Assembly (NCBI GenBank): GCA_001724265.1 | Contig: MEDY01000056.1 | Span: 62,001 to 108,181 of the forward strand | Length of the DNA stretch: 46,181 bases | Origin: Rhizaria sp. SCN 62-66 | Taxonomy: Eukaryota | Direction of reading: 5' to 3' | In this document: positions 22,001 through 37,000 of the stretch, piece by piece | Position numbering within the stretch: the first letter of the stretch is position 1 | Layout of the letters: every line of letters starts with the position of its first letter | Translations under genes and position numbers: made by a program | Notes under the pieces: model-generated | Told to the model about the DNA's origin: nothing | The model's database searches: none | What the model saw: the letters and a program-made list of their open reading frames with translations, nothing else

Positions 22001-25000
22001 GGCGGAAGCCTCAGTCTCAGTGGAGTTGGCCTGCCGAGTCTCAGCCTTGCGGCGAGCGGCGGTAGTGCAGTGGGGCAACGCGTCACCTTGCTGTCTCCAT
22101 ACGGCGCGCATCCTTATACGACGTCTGCGTTTGCCCCACGCGCGCTGCCCCGCCCGCTAACGGTCGCAACGGACGATGCGAACGGTAGCACTGGTGTGAC
22201 GGCCGATGACACCGCTGATGTTGACTCCGCCCATGTTGCTGTTGGCGGCGGTGCGGCGGTGTCAGCCGCAGCTCTGCTCGCAGCAGCAACGTCGCCTCGT
22301 GCTGCGAACGCAGGTGGACCTCCGCTGCTTGCGCGTGCCGCGACTGTCGCTGCCTCGAGCGGAAGCAGTCGGCAACGCGAGAGTGGTTTTCACTCAATGC
22401 GCACAATTGCTCCCATTAGTAGTGTTTTTTCTCCACAAACACAATCACAAACGCTTACATCACCCATTCCAACAGCAAGCGCGGGTACTGTGGGTTCAGG
22501 TACCACGGCGCCTGTGCCGATGCCGGCCAGCGGCGTCGGTAGCCGGCTGCTAAAATCGCTTGCTCCTCCTGTGCTTTCACCAAAGCACAACAATCTTATT
22601 CACGGCCACAACCACGGAACTCAGCAACGCCAAGCTGCCGCTGTACAGGCACAATCAGCGGGGGGAAACAGTGGCGACTTTATTGTCGCTTCGGTGCTAA
22701 AGCACTTCGATCACGGCTCCGACACGGAAGACAACATGAGCATCTGTGACGTACAGCAACAGCAATAGCAAGAACCGCACAGCAATGGCGGTTATGGCCA
22801 CGAAGACCAAAGTACTGAAGGTGACCACGATCACAGTCATGTTGCAACGCGCGCTCAGCACACAAGGGGTCAGAGTCGCAGTCAGGCAGACGCACCAACC
22901 ACGCGCTCTAGCACTGGCATGAATGATAGCAATGGTGTGAGCACTGCTCCTATTGCGATTCAACGTGGACAAACCCCGCGCATCTCGTATCCCAATCACC
23001 GTTTTCCCTGTAATACCAGCAGTCAACAACAAACATCTGACAGTCTTCGTGGCGGCGGCGTGAGCTTCATGCGTCCTGCGTTGCTCTCTCGCGGTCTCAG
23101 TGCGACTGGACTTGACTCTGCCGGGAGCTGGGGTGGCCGACGTAGCGGGAGCTTTGTAAACGGCAAAACCGGTAACAGCGCGCATGATCAGTTCGAAGAC
23201 GGTGGGCTGCCGAGGACTGGGACGCTGACGACGCGCGCCGAGTCCCCGTCCCTGTTTTACGATCCACGTGCCTCGCCCCACACGAACAGCAGCAACAGTA
23301 GCGGGATTCAGTATCACGGCAATGACAACGGCAACGCGGATGCTGCACTGCAGCGCCAGTCTTCGCTGACAATGATCCCGAATGGAACTATTCTGGCACA
23401 GCCTGCTTTTTCGCCGACAGCCTCATTCTCGAACACAGGCAACAACAACTACACCGCTACCAGCCCTGCGTTTGGCGCGTTGTCACCGTCTGCGAGTCAG
23501 TCTGGAACTGCAGCGGCTGCGGCTGCGGCTCGGTACTTCTCCCGTCCAGACTCGCCGTTCGCGCTTTCTCACCAGTCGGCGGCGGGATCAGCTCATGCAG
23601 CAGCAAACGATGGTGGACTTGGCCGCAGCGTTGGTGTGATCACTTCGCCCACCGTCGTTGATATCACACTCACCAACAACATTGTTACGACAAGACGTCA
23701 CGCCAGCAGCCGCGATTCGAACAGCAGCAGTAACGCGAACAACGCCGCGGCCACAGCCGCTGCAGCTGCGGCTGCTGCCGTCGCCGCAGTCATTGCGGCT
23801 GGCACAGTGCCGTGGGCCGACCTGGCCGCTGCCGCTGCTGCAGCCACAGCCACCGCGTCTGCGAGGAATTCTGCGTCGGCGAATAACGCTGCGATCGGAG
23901 GTGGCCTGCCCCCGCGCTCCTTGAAGTCAAGTCGTGCGAACGTGCTTCGCGGGTCAACACACTCCCCGTTTCCTTTTGCAGGGCCGGCATCTGTAGTGAG
24001 GCCGTCGATGCTCGCATCGCCGCATGCGTCGCTCGCTGGTCTCAGCGCTTCCGGTGCGCTGCTCAATGCGCCAATCCCAACGCCGCAGAATGCGCTCTCG
24101 TCTCTTCGTTTCGCTCACTCCGCGGCGTCAACAGGCTCTGCGCCTACCGCCAATGCCGCTGCCGCTGCGTCGTCCGCAATCATCTCAGGGTCGCTCGCGT
24201 CCCCTGGTCTCCACGGGTTTCCCACCACATCGCCGTCGCCGATCCCACTCTCGCACACGGGATCCGCCACTTTTACCGCTGCACCCACAGCGCCCGCCGC
24301 GCCCACGCTGCGACTGACGCTGCCCACACCGCTGCTGCTGCGCGGCCCTCGCCCCCGCGCCGCGACTGCCCGCGCCGCGCTCGCGCCGCTGCTGCACTTG
24401 CCGCTGCCCGCGGCCGACGCTGCAGCCGCCGGCGCCGCGCCCGCGGCCGTGGCGTTGGGCTCCTGGGCGCACGGCATCACGACCGCGCTCGCCGCCCGCG
24501 CCGGCGCTGCCGCGGCGGGCGGCCGGGTACTGACGGTGAGCGCCGCCGAGGCCGCGGTGTCGGACCCGGGGGCGCTGTTCCTGCACCCTACCGTCGGCGC
24601 AGCGGGCGGGCCCGCGGTCGCGGCGGCGTTTGTGCAAGGCGCGCTGGCGGCTGCGGTGACAACTGCGATTGAAGAGGCTGTGGAGGACCGTGCCGTGTTT
24701 GGCATCGCTGGGCAGAAATCCGCGATGATGGGCGCGGTGAGGTCGGTAACTGCCACGTCGGCTGCCGTGGTCGCAGCTGGGGCGGAGAGGATGAGTGTGG
24801 CATCACATAGGCAGCACAGTCTCTCTGGCACGATCGGCTCCCAACTCGAGCAACAGCACCAGGGACACAATCCTAGGCAAGGACAGCACATGTGGAGGCA
24901 GCAGTCTTTGACGCTAGACGACCCCCACTTACTGGATCATCATGTCTCTCCTTCGTACCCAGGCTCTGCTCAAAATGCAAACGAGATTGGATACGGCAGC

Positions 25001-28000
25001 GACAGTGTTTCCATGAACAATGGGACTGCCGGTGTATCGGCGGCTGCAGCAACGCTCGCGGCTGCTGCTGCTGCCGCTGCCGCTGCGGGCTCCTCTGCAG
25101 CAACACTAGCTTATCTCCCACCACAAGCACTTGCAGAGCTACGCCAGCGCCAGCGTCTTGCTGCTCTGGCCACGCGCATCAACACGGCTGCGGCCGCGAC
25201 CGAAGCGCTTGCGGCGACCGTGGGCGTTGCTGTCGCCTCATCCTTCACTGTGGGTGCCGTTGGTGATGCCAAGGCCGACAAGGTTGCACGTCATAGCCGC
25301 GCTTTACGTCGCGCTGGCAAGACTGGTGCGTTGGGCGGGCTTGTACTGCCCTCAGCGCTGTCATCGGCAGGCTCGCACTCACGCGGTAGGAGTAGCCACG
25401 GCTTCGGCAGCGATACCGGCGCCGTGCTTAGTGACGAGGATGGTGATGGGGGCGAAACTGCTGAAGAAAGCGTTGCACGTCAAGGTGGTAACGCGAATGA
25501 CGATGAAGCGGTTAGTGATAGTGACAATGGTCATGATAAGCCCCACATAACTCGTCCTCCGTTACAACAGCAGGATCGCCCTCGCATCCGCAACCGTCGC
25601 AGCGGTCGTTGTACGCCCCTTCGCGGCGCCGGCACTGCAAGCCTCGCAGGCTCCAGCGCGTCCCTCCCGTCCCTGATATCGTCAGCTGCCCTGTTATCTC
25701 CGACCGCGCCGCTCGCCTTTGCAAGCAGCGGCAGCGCCTCGCGCGCCGGCTCGGTGGCCTTCACAACCGCGACGAGCGCCGCCGGATCCGCTGCGCACGG
25801 CCACTCAGCGCACGGATTCAGCGCGACTGGTTTCACCAGTGGCGCGTTTGCGAGCGCAAACGCCTCGATCGCGGGTCCGGTGCAATCGACCGCAGGCGGG
25901 GTCGCCGCTCCCTCCGCCGCGGCCGCCGCCTTCTCTTCCCCCGCGTCTTCCACTGGAGCGCAATCGAGCGTCCCAGCCACCGAGGCGCTGTCGCGCGTTA
26001 TCCTCGCGGCCCCGCTTCACCCCTGGGCGACGGGCCTGTCACGGCGCTCGCGCCCGCCCTCGCTACGTGCCACAGCGCCTGGCACCGCGACGGCGATGCT
26101 GCTCGCGGTCGACGTTGCGCGCGGTGTATGGGCGCGCAGGCTCGTCCGCCTTGCAGCGCGCGCGGCGGCGACTCGGGCGCGGGCGGCAGTGCGCGCTGGT
26201 GCTGCGGCTGAAACAGAGGCCACGGAAGCGATTGCGCAGGCGGCGCGCGTGGCCTTGGCTGCAGAGGAAGACGAAGACGCTCGATTCGATATGCGCCTTG
26301 ACTTTCATCACTGGGCGTCAGGCATGCCACTGCCATCGTCACACTGGCGTCCGCCGCTACCGCTCGTGCAAGCCTCAGCCGCCAGTAGCACGGTTCAGGC
26401 TGATGCTGAAGCGGCTGCTGCGGCTGCGGACTCGCTATCGCAACTCTTGCCGCCAATGTGCCACGAGATGCGTGCTCTTCGCGCTTCGCGGTCAGTTTTC
26501 GCGCTGCCGGCGGAAGGCAGGGCGGCGTTTCCTCTTGTGAACGGCGCCGCTATCGAAGCGTTAGCAGCCGCCTACGCTGTCGCTAATGGTGTCACTGCTT
26601 CTGATCGCATAGCAAGCAGTGGTATAATGCTTTATGACCGTGAAAGTGGACTGGCCAGCACGGTCCCTGCTGTCACCACAGCTGTAACTAATACCAAAAC
26701 TAACCATGTGGTAGTGTCAACGACTGCGTACCCTCAAGCTAACGACTCTCCTTTGACGGTGAACGATCTGGGGATTATTGTTAATCGCGGCGTTGTCGGC
26801 AACGTAGGACCGGCATTGCTACATATTGCAGATATTGATCCCACGTTTATTGCGCTACGTGCAACACAAGAACGCGATGCTCTTGTCGCCGCTGTTGCGT
26901 CCGTCGTTGCGGCTGATGCTTTGAACGCTGACGCAGACTCGGAGGTTGAGATGGAGGCCGCTGCGGTGGCTGCGTCTGAAGCCGCTCTCGACATGAAAAT
27001 GGCGATTGTGGGCAGCACTGCTGACGAACACAGTATCAGTAGAGACGGCCATGACGTCAATGACCACGTAAGTGATGTGCGAAGTCCTACAAAGCCCCAA
27101 GGACTCACTCTTGCGGTGCTTGCCGCGCTCGATGACGAAACTGGCGTGTCCCGGCGTAACGCTCGCCGTCGTGGCAGTGATAGCTGTGAAAGCGCGGACA
27201 ACAGTGATAGCACTGATCGTGACGATGACGGTAGTGAGGACAGCTTTTGCGACAGTATTGCGCTCACCAACACTGCGCCTCCAACCACGATTACAGGCGG
27301 AATCTGTGCACCTGCTGCAGCTACGTCTGGCACAATGTTGATGTCTGCCGACGCCACTGATGAGCTGTCGACAAGTGCTGGTGTCGTCATCTACGCCGCA
27401 AACCACACACACTGGCTTAACACACCGCGCGGACCCTACGAGAGCCTCACTGCTCGCGCCGCTCTTGCCCACGCCGCCGACACGGGAATGTTTGCTCCTC
27501 AACTCGCTCTCGCGTCTTCAGCGCATCCTGAGTGCCCCTTTGCACCCACTGTTGATCCAGACACCAACGAGACGATGAGTGTGGTACCGTACGTTGACTC
27601 GCGTTTCCGCCTAATCACTAACTCAGGCGCAGTTGATACAACCCCTGTGGCAAACACGACGGGAACTGTATGTGGCTTTTTTGGCTCGACGTCACCCGTT
27701 CATCATATTCCGTCTCATTCTGACGAAGGTGTTTCCATGACTCATGCAGATAGTACCGGCGCTGCTCCGAATGCATTGACTCTCATGCTCCCCTCGGCAT
27801 CATCATCGTCCACGTCATCGCGTTGTCCGTCAAGCAATATCCACAGTAGCAATGCGAACAACAACTCGGGCAGTGGCAGTGCAGACGAGGCTCGGACTGC
27901 ACTCAACAGCACCAATAGTGGTCTTCTTGCCGTAGCATCAGCTCCGATCTCAACGGTGCTTTCTCGTGCGTCAACAGAGCCCGAGAACGACAACGACCCT

Positions 28001-31000
28001 ACAATCGTTGTTCCTTATAACGCAAATAACATCAGTGGTAGTGCACGCTCGTTGCTGTTCGCGCCCGTGCCCTTTACTCTTCCGTCACTGCCGCCCGCGC
28101 CCTCGCTTGCACTCACTGTGACTCTGCCGCGCCACGCGCTCGCCTTGCACACTGGTGCTGCAATGACTCGTCGTTCAGCACGGTCATTTGCTCCTGTCGG
28201 ACTGCTGTCTGGTGCTGGCATTGGTGCGGGCACTGGTGCGGCCGAGGAAGCTGGTTCAGACCTTAGTGACGAAGAAGAGGCCGGTGTCGCGAGGGAAACC
28301 CAGAAGTATTACGCGCAGGGTACTTTGCCTGGCAATGTGGTTCATACTTTGGCGATGAGTCGCATGAACGCGCTTTTTGAATTTCCTGGTACGAACAACA
28401 GTGAGAAGTCATGTGCAACCACAATCACTGCATGCGCACAGGTCAATGACCAGAATGGTGCTGATAAGCAACAATCTCAAACGCAGTTCGTCACCCTAAC
28501 GCTTCCATATGCTGTGTTCCCTGCTCTGTGGGTAACGACGCCGCACGCGCTTGCATCTCCTGCCCTGCGCACGATGCGCGCTCAAATCATGTCCGACGTT
28601 GCAGGTGTCGCAGCTGACGCACTCGCAGGCTCTATTGCGCATGCACCGGTTGGCATCGTCGCTACAGTTGCCGACACTGATCCAACTTCAACTGCGACGA
28701 ACGGGCCAGATGCTGACATTGAGACCGGTGTTTCCGCTGCTGTCGGACCCAAACTCACAGCCGTCGCCACGGGAGCTGTTGCGGATCCTCTGGCTCCTAC
28801 GGCTAGTGCGGCGCCGTTCGCATTGCCGGGCGTCGTTACAGTGACGGCATCGACACCAGCACAACAAAACGCAGCTGTGACAAGTGTTGCAACGGTATCG
28901 GCCGCAGCTGCCGCCGGATCTTGCTCTGACTTAGGGACGCTGAATCCTGTCGGGGCTCACACGACGGCAAGTGCGCCAAACTTTATGCAGGCTTTGTACC
29001 ACACTGCAGCTGTGCTATCCGCGTCTGGCCGCGCCGCTGGGTTGGCCTACAGGGTCTACGACGCTGCAACTGCACTACAGCAGCAACAACAGCAGCAGCA
29101 AGCGCTGAAAAACCAGCAAAAGCAACAGCGGAAGCGCGCCAAGGCTCTCGCAAAGGTTAACACAGCAGCAGCTCATGCTACCTCGGTTGCCGATGCTCAT
29201 GCTGAAGCCATCGTTCACGGACTTACCGACTCAGGTTTTAATGTTGCAAGCGATGTTGTAACTATGCCAGCACAAGTAATGGCTCTTGCGCAAGCACTGT
29301 TGCCGCTTGCAGCGCCACTGTGGCGTCAGTATAGTACTGCTCCGGTCCAGTACAACCTCAATGCGACGACTGCAATTGGTGAACACAACGGCGGACATGC
29401 CATGGGCAAGGGTGTCGACGGTACCTCTGAGCATGCCGTTATGGCTCGTTTCCCTCCTACAGACCCACGCTTTGCCGCCCGTGGTCACTACTTAGCACGC
29501 CTTACTCACCCTGCGTCTGCGCACATGCTCACCACTCTGACGTCACAGAATCAGTCCTGGGAAGAGCTCGTAGCTCACCGCGCACGTTCACCGTTCGCTG
29601 CGCCAATGGCACGCGCCCTCGCCGTTGCAGCGCGCGTTGTGGCTGCGAACCTCGCACTACTCACGTCCACTGCCTCCACAACGACTGAGATTTCTCTCAG
29701 GCTTCAACGCAATCGCAGTGGCAGTCGTGTGGCACAGCGCTATGGCGTTGTTCCGTCCCTGTCTGCTGTCCCCGATGGACTCGGTGCCCCGCTTCGTGCA
29801 CCACTTCCGTTTTCGCTCCGTCTTTCCCTTCCCACACCGAGCCCATGCTCGCCCTTAAATCCCGTCACTCCGCAGCCGCTCTCATTCTACCATCCTCTGT
29901 CGCGTCAGCCTGACTGGCTTGATCTCACGCGTGCGCTTCGACTCCGTCGTCGTGCACTGACTCGTCTTGCCACTTCATCGTCTCCGCTGATGACCTTGAT
30001 GTACGTCTACCACAGAGGCGCGTTATCGGCCAAGTGGGCGCCCGTGTTTGCTGAACTTGGCGTCGGTGCGCGTGGACTTGAGCTCACACTGCTAACTGCC
30101 TCGGCCACTCTTCGAGACGCTGAAGCACGCGCTCGAGCCGCTGAAGTAGCAGTCCGCCGCGCGACGGCGGCGCTTGCGGCCGGTGCAAGTCTCACTGCGA
30201 CTCGGCTGCGGCGCACGCAGAACGCGTTGGCGGACACTCTCTCACAGCTTCAGCCCGCCTTGGTAGCCCGGGAGCGCGTGCGTGCGTCGCATTTGCTAAC
30301 GGTCATCACACTTGCAGAAGGCGCGACGCAGGTGGTACTTCCCAACACTCCGCGTGACGGCGCACCGTCTCCGTTTGTGCTCGATCTCTGCGTTGGTGCG
30401 CGCCGCGACAGGTCCGCTGAAGCTGCCGCAATCGCTTCCGGCGTTGTTGCGGGCGCCGCAGGTACTGCTCCTGCCGCTGCAGCGGCGCTGGCAGGCACAA
30501 GCGTGAGTGCGAGTGCGGAGGCGCTCGCGGCTGCTGGTGGCGGTCCAACGGCTGCAGTGCGGATTGACTTCAACCCCGCGCTTGCTGCAGGCGTGCCCAG
30601 CGCTGCTGCTGGTGCGTTTGCCGCGCTCGCCGGTGAAGCGACAGCTGCTGTGGGTGCGGAATATGCGATCGCGCTTTCTCGCGCGGGGGAGAGGCTATGT
30701 CCACTTGTTTCTGCTGCAAGTGCTGCGTCTGCAGCTGCTGTTGGAGTTACTGCTGCCGCTGTTGCCGCAGTCTCCGTCCCGTCAAACACCACGCGTGTTG
30801 TGTTGACGGGCGAGTCGGTGCGTGCGGTGGCGTGCGCTGTTGCTGGGGAACTTATGCGCGCGCAACCGCAGATCGCTGCCTCTGTTACAGATGTGATTGG
30901 TGCTATCTCTGCCCAGTCTGCGGTCTCCGCCAACGCAAAGTCAATGGGCGATGTGCTGAATACTGGCGCTGGCGCCGATGTGGTTGCTCAGGCTGAGGCT

Positions 31001-34000
31001 GAGGCGCTGCGCACACAATGGTCTGTGTCAGTTTTGGCTCTGGATTCATAGCATCATATTATTAATGCGTCTCCTATGAGCGCGATGATGTTGCGAAACA
31101 AGCAGTCTCGCGCAGCTACAAAACACGATGTCACGCATGCTCCTCTTGCCCGATGCCCTCACTGTCGTCGCCGCGCCTATCCTACTGTCTCTAATGCGTT
31201 TTCGAACTCAATATACGACTCCAACTGTGCTAGAGTCAGCGCAACATTGTACCCTCCCGCGACAGATGCGATTGCTGCAAATGTTGAACGCTGGTCTGTT
31301 TCTCCGCTCACCGTCACTCCATTCCAACCCTCTGGGGCCGCTGCCGTCGGGCTTACTGCTGGCGGCGCCACCGCTGCTGCCGCTGCTGGCCCTGGGCTGC
31401 CGCCCCAGTGGATGCCACTGCGACTGCCCGCGGGACTTGGCGCTGCCGGTAGAGCTGCCAGTGTCGCAGCGGGACCTTCGTCAATGCTGGGACAAGCAGT
31501 CGCTTCAGCGTCTCTGCTCGATACGTTGTCAGCTTCGGTGAGCGCCCCCAAGGGTGACGCTGCTGTGTCGTTAATTCGTGCGCTAATAAACGCTGACAAT
31601 GACGTGGCAAATAACGATGACAAAGATCATGTGCGCAACAGCGCTACCGTCAACAAGAACGGAGTTGCCGCGAGCTGCGATGCGAACGCGAAGAATACTG
31701 AGTCCGACGATCATGACAGTGACAGTGACCATGATAACGATATGCTATCGATGCTGAGTCAGCAGCGTGTATGCCCCATGTGCGCTGAGCTGTCAACATC
31801 CGCCTCCCCCATTGCAGTTCCTGAGCTCCCGGCGCTCGCACAGTCGCACTCATCGCAATCGCAGAGCAACGCGAAGGCGCTGTCGCGCGCTCAGTCTTGC
31901 ATGTCTGAAGACAGCGATGATGAGTGTAATCCCGCGACCACGCACGATGATTCGTTTAACACCAGCCGCACTGCGCGCATTAAACCCTCTCAGTTTGCTT
32001 CTTTGTTGCCTTCTCCATGTGTCAAGTCAGCACCTGTATTGTACCCCACGGCGCACGCAACCGGTGCGCTCTCTTTGCATGTCACGCTGCCTCCACGCGG
32101 TTGTTTCCTTCGCGACTCCGCTCTCGCCTTGCTTGATCCTGCCGTCACCTCGGCCCACCTCTCGCCCTTCGCGCCGACTTTAGCATCCGCTGCAGCAGCC
32201 TCGGCTTCCGCGCTCGCGATCCGTGCCTGCGCCGCTCTTCCGCTTCCTTCCGCACAGAGCGCCACTCCGGCTGATGCTGCAGCTGCTATTGCAGCGGCGA
32301 CAGCTGCGGCCACTGCGGCCGTCACCGAGGCAGGGGGCGAGTGGGTGCGCATCTATGACTCGTCCACGAACGTCGCCACGAACGCGCTTCTGAAGCGTCC
32401 CAGCGATGTCTCAACAGCAGCTGCAATGTGGGCTGTACCGCACGCTGCCGAGTATTTCTTTGGAACAACACTAACTCAAGGACCTCTCTTCACCGCGGGT
32501 TTGTCGCCTGCGTTGAATCTATTTACCAATGCGCGTGCATTCGTAGACTTATCGCCAGTTCTCGACTCGGTTGTGCTGCACACAACCTCGGGCACGGCGA
32601 CGGGCGGTCGCGCTGGTCTCGACGGCATTGGCGGGCGCGGGCGCGGCGGTCATGCCGCGGCAGGTGGAGCTGGTGGTTCCGGTGCTGGTGATGGCGAAGG
32701 TGTGTCGTACGGCATTCTTATTGCGGGCGGTGGTGGCAATAACCAGACTGGTTATTACGCGTCGGGTCCACCCAGTGTCGGTGTCGGTACCTCGGGTGGT
32801 GTTGTAAGCGGGTATAGTCCTGCTGTCATTCTTACCCGCAGGGCAGAACACATGGTTACACGCATGCTGAATCACCGAACCAATACTTCTGCTGATCAAA
32901 CTCCCAGTCACGTGGTTGCGATGCTCGGAGGTCAAGCCGTTCCCGTGAATGCAGCGCTGGCGCTCTCTGCGCGAATTAACACGAGTCACGTGACCAACAA
33001 TCCCACGTCTGCGTCAGCCGCTGTGGCAGCTGCCAACGCTGCCGCTGTTGCAGGCGCTGGAAGTAGTAACTCCAGCTCTAGCTCATCACTTGCGCCTGAT
33101 GTCACTGTCAATACTCTGCATCCGCATGTAGCAGCGATGTTACTTGATGCCGCTATGGTTCAACATGCAATCAACCAAGTCAACGCGAACACGAACAGTG
33201 GCTTTTTGATGAGTGCTGCTCCTGATGTGTTACCAGCTTTGCTGCGCTCGCCGCCGACTCTGGCGCTCTCACAATCGCCTCTGTTGCCGAATTTTACGTC
33301 TCGCCTCAGTATCCTCACACCGTTTTCTAGCGGCTCGAGTGACAACATAAACTCGAACATGAGCGTCAGTGTTGCAACAAGTGAAGCAATGTCGAGCCTC
33401 ACACACTCTGGCTTGTTCTCCTCTTCGGCAGCGACGCTCTTGTCTTCGAAGTCACACACAAACGTTGTTGCCACTCCGGGTGGTCTATCTGCAGGCACCA
33501 ACGCAGCTACAGACTCTGTTGTGCGCACCGTGACTCGCGCGCACCGGTTGACCGCGACCGCCCCGCCATTTCCTCTCGCGCTGACGACTCCACCGGACGC
33601 CTCTCTGCCAGCCACTCCGCCGCCGCGCGCGCCGCACGGCGTGAACCGCCCTGTGCCGCCGGGCGCGTCGCACCTGCACACGCCTGCGCTCACAGTGACG
33701 CTGTGCGCGCCAGACGCCGCAACACTGGCGCGGTGGGTTGAAGCAGTCACCACGCGTACACAAATCGCTATTTGTCGTGCGCCGGGAGTGGCGGGTCCTG
33801 CTAGCGCGATTCAAGATCCTGCGGCTGCGGCCAGGGCGGTCGTTGCTGCAGCGGCTGTGAAAGAAGCAGCGACAGCGACAACAGCTGCTGCGAACGTCAC
33901 CGCAAGGCTGGCGTCGGACACTGTTCGCGCGCACGCCATCGATTTTGCTGGGACAGCGGGTGCCGGCGGTTGCCGAGAGAGTCTGTCCAGCAACTCAGCA

Positions 34001-37000
34001 ATTGGTGATAACGACTGTGACGCTGTGTTGATGGCTCGCACGCTTGCCCAAGGTAAGAAAAGCAACGACTGCAACACCGCTGTACAAGGCCCGCAAACGC
34101 TCGCAGACGCTGTCTCTGTCCTCGCTGCCGTTACAGCGTCAACTCCTCTCAGCTCCGGATCTTCACCTAACAATGGCGGTGGACTCACGCTGGACAGTTC
34201 GCGGTCCCGGATGGCTCTGTTGACAGACCCTGCTCAGCACAGGTGGGTGTTGTCCTTCCTAAGTGCACTAACGGAACAGCAAGCCCAGCTTATGGCAACT
34301 GAAGCTGTTGTCAACAAAGGCTCTGATAACCGCACCAGCGCTGCCGCCTCACATGTTTCAATGATTTCTAACTGTCTTGGAGGGCGTTGCGATCGCGGTC
34401 TGTCTCGTCTTTGTTTGGCACATGCTGTTCTTCTTGCCGGCACCACTGCGACCGCCGCTGAGGCTACTGCGGTGCATGTTGTCAGTTTGCTTGGCGGCAC
34501 CGCGACCGCAGTAAGTGAGGCCGCACCTGTTGCGTCTGCAACTGGCGGATATAGCGACAATCTCGCAGCGCTCACATCCGCTGTCTCTGCAGCCGCCACC
34601 ACAACAACTCCTATTACAAGCCTTCACGACGTGACTGTGAGTTTCCCATCGTCTCCTGCACCGTCCTCGCTTCTCGCAGCATTGCTGTTACCGCGTATGT
34701 ACACAGTGCTTCCCGCATCGGCTTGGCCGCCAGTGTCATTATCCTCGCTCCCGCTTGCTCTCACCACTGCGGCTTCATCCACAGTAGCGACTGTGGCCAC
34801 TCACAGGAACTTAGGTGGACTCACAGCGCGCGACGTGTCAATATTGCGTAGCTACCTTGCTGCCCCACCTGCTATGTCTTCGCCACACTCCCTTGCGTTG
34901 TCTCCTGCAGCCCTGCTGCGCGTTCGTCTCACTGCGTTCTCCGCCGCAGCTGCGGAGTCATGGGTATCAGCAACTACTCGCGTTGCATCATCGCGTGCGC
35001 TTGTGTTGGCGCGGCTGTGGACATCGTTTGTGGCTCAAAACGCAAGTGTTGTCGAGAACGCGCTCGGAGTGGCGTTGACTGTCACAAACCAGGCTGCTGA
35101 TGACTCTCTTTCAACTGTAACGGAGCACGCGTTGATGGGTCGTCTCAAGTCGATGGGCAGCGATGTAAGCGTCAGCAAGTTTGATTTAGGCAACTCTGAA
35201 ACCAGCGCAAAGGCTGCGGCACTTGGATCGCCAGCATGGCGCGCTGCTGTCTGTGCGGCTGCAGCAGCAGCGGCTGGTGTCAAGACTGCTACCGCGCATA
35301 TCACTGCCAGTAGAGCTGCTGCAGCAACTGCTTCTGCGAGCAGTGGTGGTCAAACGGCAAAGACAGTACACGTGTTGGAAATCTCGAGTGATAGTGTTGA
35401 TGATGCTCCATTCACGACGCTGCTTACAGTCACTTCATGTGCGGCTGTCAGTCTCGCACACGATCTCTCCGCTCTTGCCTCTGGAAACGACAATGCCAAT
35501 TCGACTGCCGGTGCGAGTGAGGCATCGCTGGCATCTGCATCCGTTGCCCGTGCTGATGCGCTGTCAAGCCAACTCCTTACACACTTCTCGCAATACGTCC
35601 TCTCAATCCTTCCTGAACAAGGGCAGGAAAGCATCGATCTTGCGAACAGCAATCACAGGGACATTTATGCAAGCGCTGCCCCTAATACTACAACCATCGA
35701 CGCAGTGCCTGCAGCAGTATCCTCTCCGTTCTTACCCACACTTATCCCGGGCCGCGGGCTTGGCTCGACAACACACGCCGTCTCTGCCTTTACGCGTGCT
35801 TCTGACTCGCTCGCACGCACGGTTGCTGCAGAAGCCGCGGCCGATGTTGCACACGCTTTGGCTGAAGCTGCGGCACAGGCGACGCTTTGTGCCGCGGTGT
35901 GTGTCGACGTCGCAAGGAATGCGGCGCGTACGCGGCAGCGTAAATCGGCGCTGAACAGCAACAGCGCGAGAAACCCGCAGTCTGTATTGGCCGTGAATGC
36001 TGACGAGAGCAACAGCCGTGCGAGTGATGCGGCCGAGTGCCAATGGATGACAATGCCCACAGTTGACGCGATTCTCCGTCTCATTTCGCAACGCATGTCC
36101 TCGCGCGCTGCTGCGAGCTTCATTGTCACCCCCAACATTAACAGAATCCCGTCTGTTAGTTCCTCTGCGAGTGTGTCGCCGAGTGCGGTTGCATCGCATA
36201 ATCACTCACGCTCTAGCTTTGCGACTAACGCCGTCGCTAACACAAGCTCCGTCTTAGGTACTAATCGTGCGGGCAGTGAATCTATCTCGACCGTTGCCAG
36301 TAGGCTCCCTGCGCTTGTTTCGCACTTTGCCCCAGTTCAAGCGGCAGCTTTGGCATCCGCGTTTGCCGCCGCCGGCGCCTACACAGTCCCCGCCCCGCAC
36401 TCGGCCGCCGCGGTGCTCACATCGCACCTCCCCGGTGCGGTCCCAGGCGCCGTCATCCAGGCCACGCGCGCGCGTACTGCGCACGCCACCGCCGATGCTG
36501 CTGCTGCGGTGGCTGCCGCCGCTGCCGCTGCTGCTGCTGCTGCTGCTGCTGCGGCTGTGCCGGACATGATGGCTGGCTATGGTGGCGACCCTGGCGAGGA
36601 GCCTCAACACCAACAGCAACCGCAACAGCAACAGCACAAAGGAAGGGCTGTCGCAGCACTTACCGCGCCCACGCCGCTGCCGATCGCGGCCATCGGTACT
36701 GGTGCCGCCGCGTCTCCTATGCCTCCACCACCACTGCCGAGCCCCGGTCGCTTTGCGCGCAGTCTGCTCGGCCATGAGACGCACCTCCAGCGCCGACTGC
36801 GTCTGTTGCGCGAGTGGCAGTACCAGCGCGACTTGGCTGCGGTCGCGGCGCTGCTTGCGGCGGTGCGCGCTTGGGCTATGAGGGAGATTACTGTCCGTGT
36901 GCAGTGGGCTGCGGCTGGGGGTATTGTCCTGAAGCGCGCAGCTGTTGTTCCCCGCACTCTGTCCGACAACAGCGACTTTAGTAACAGGGTAGTACCTGTC

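Noticed and set aside
22763-22774. Programmed readthrough signal (CAA TAG CAA) as the general explanation
   Set aside because: It is a known leaky context, but the other TAGs are followed by TAC, CAT, TCG and CCG, so there is no shared motif. Three successive leaky stops would also yield very little full-length protein.
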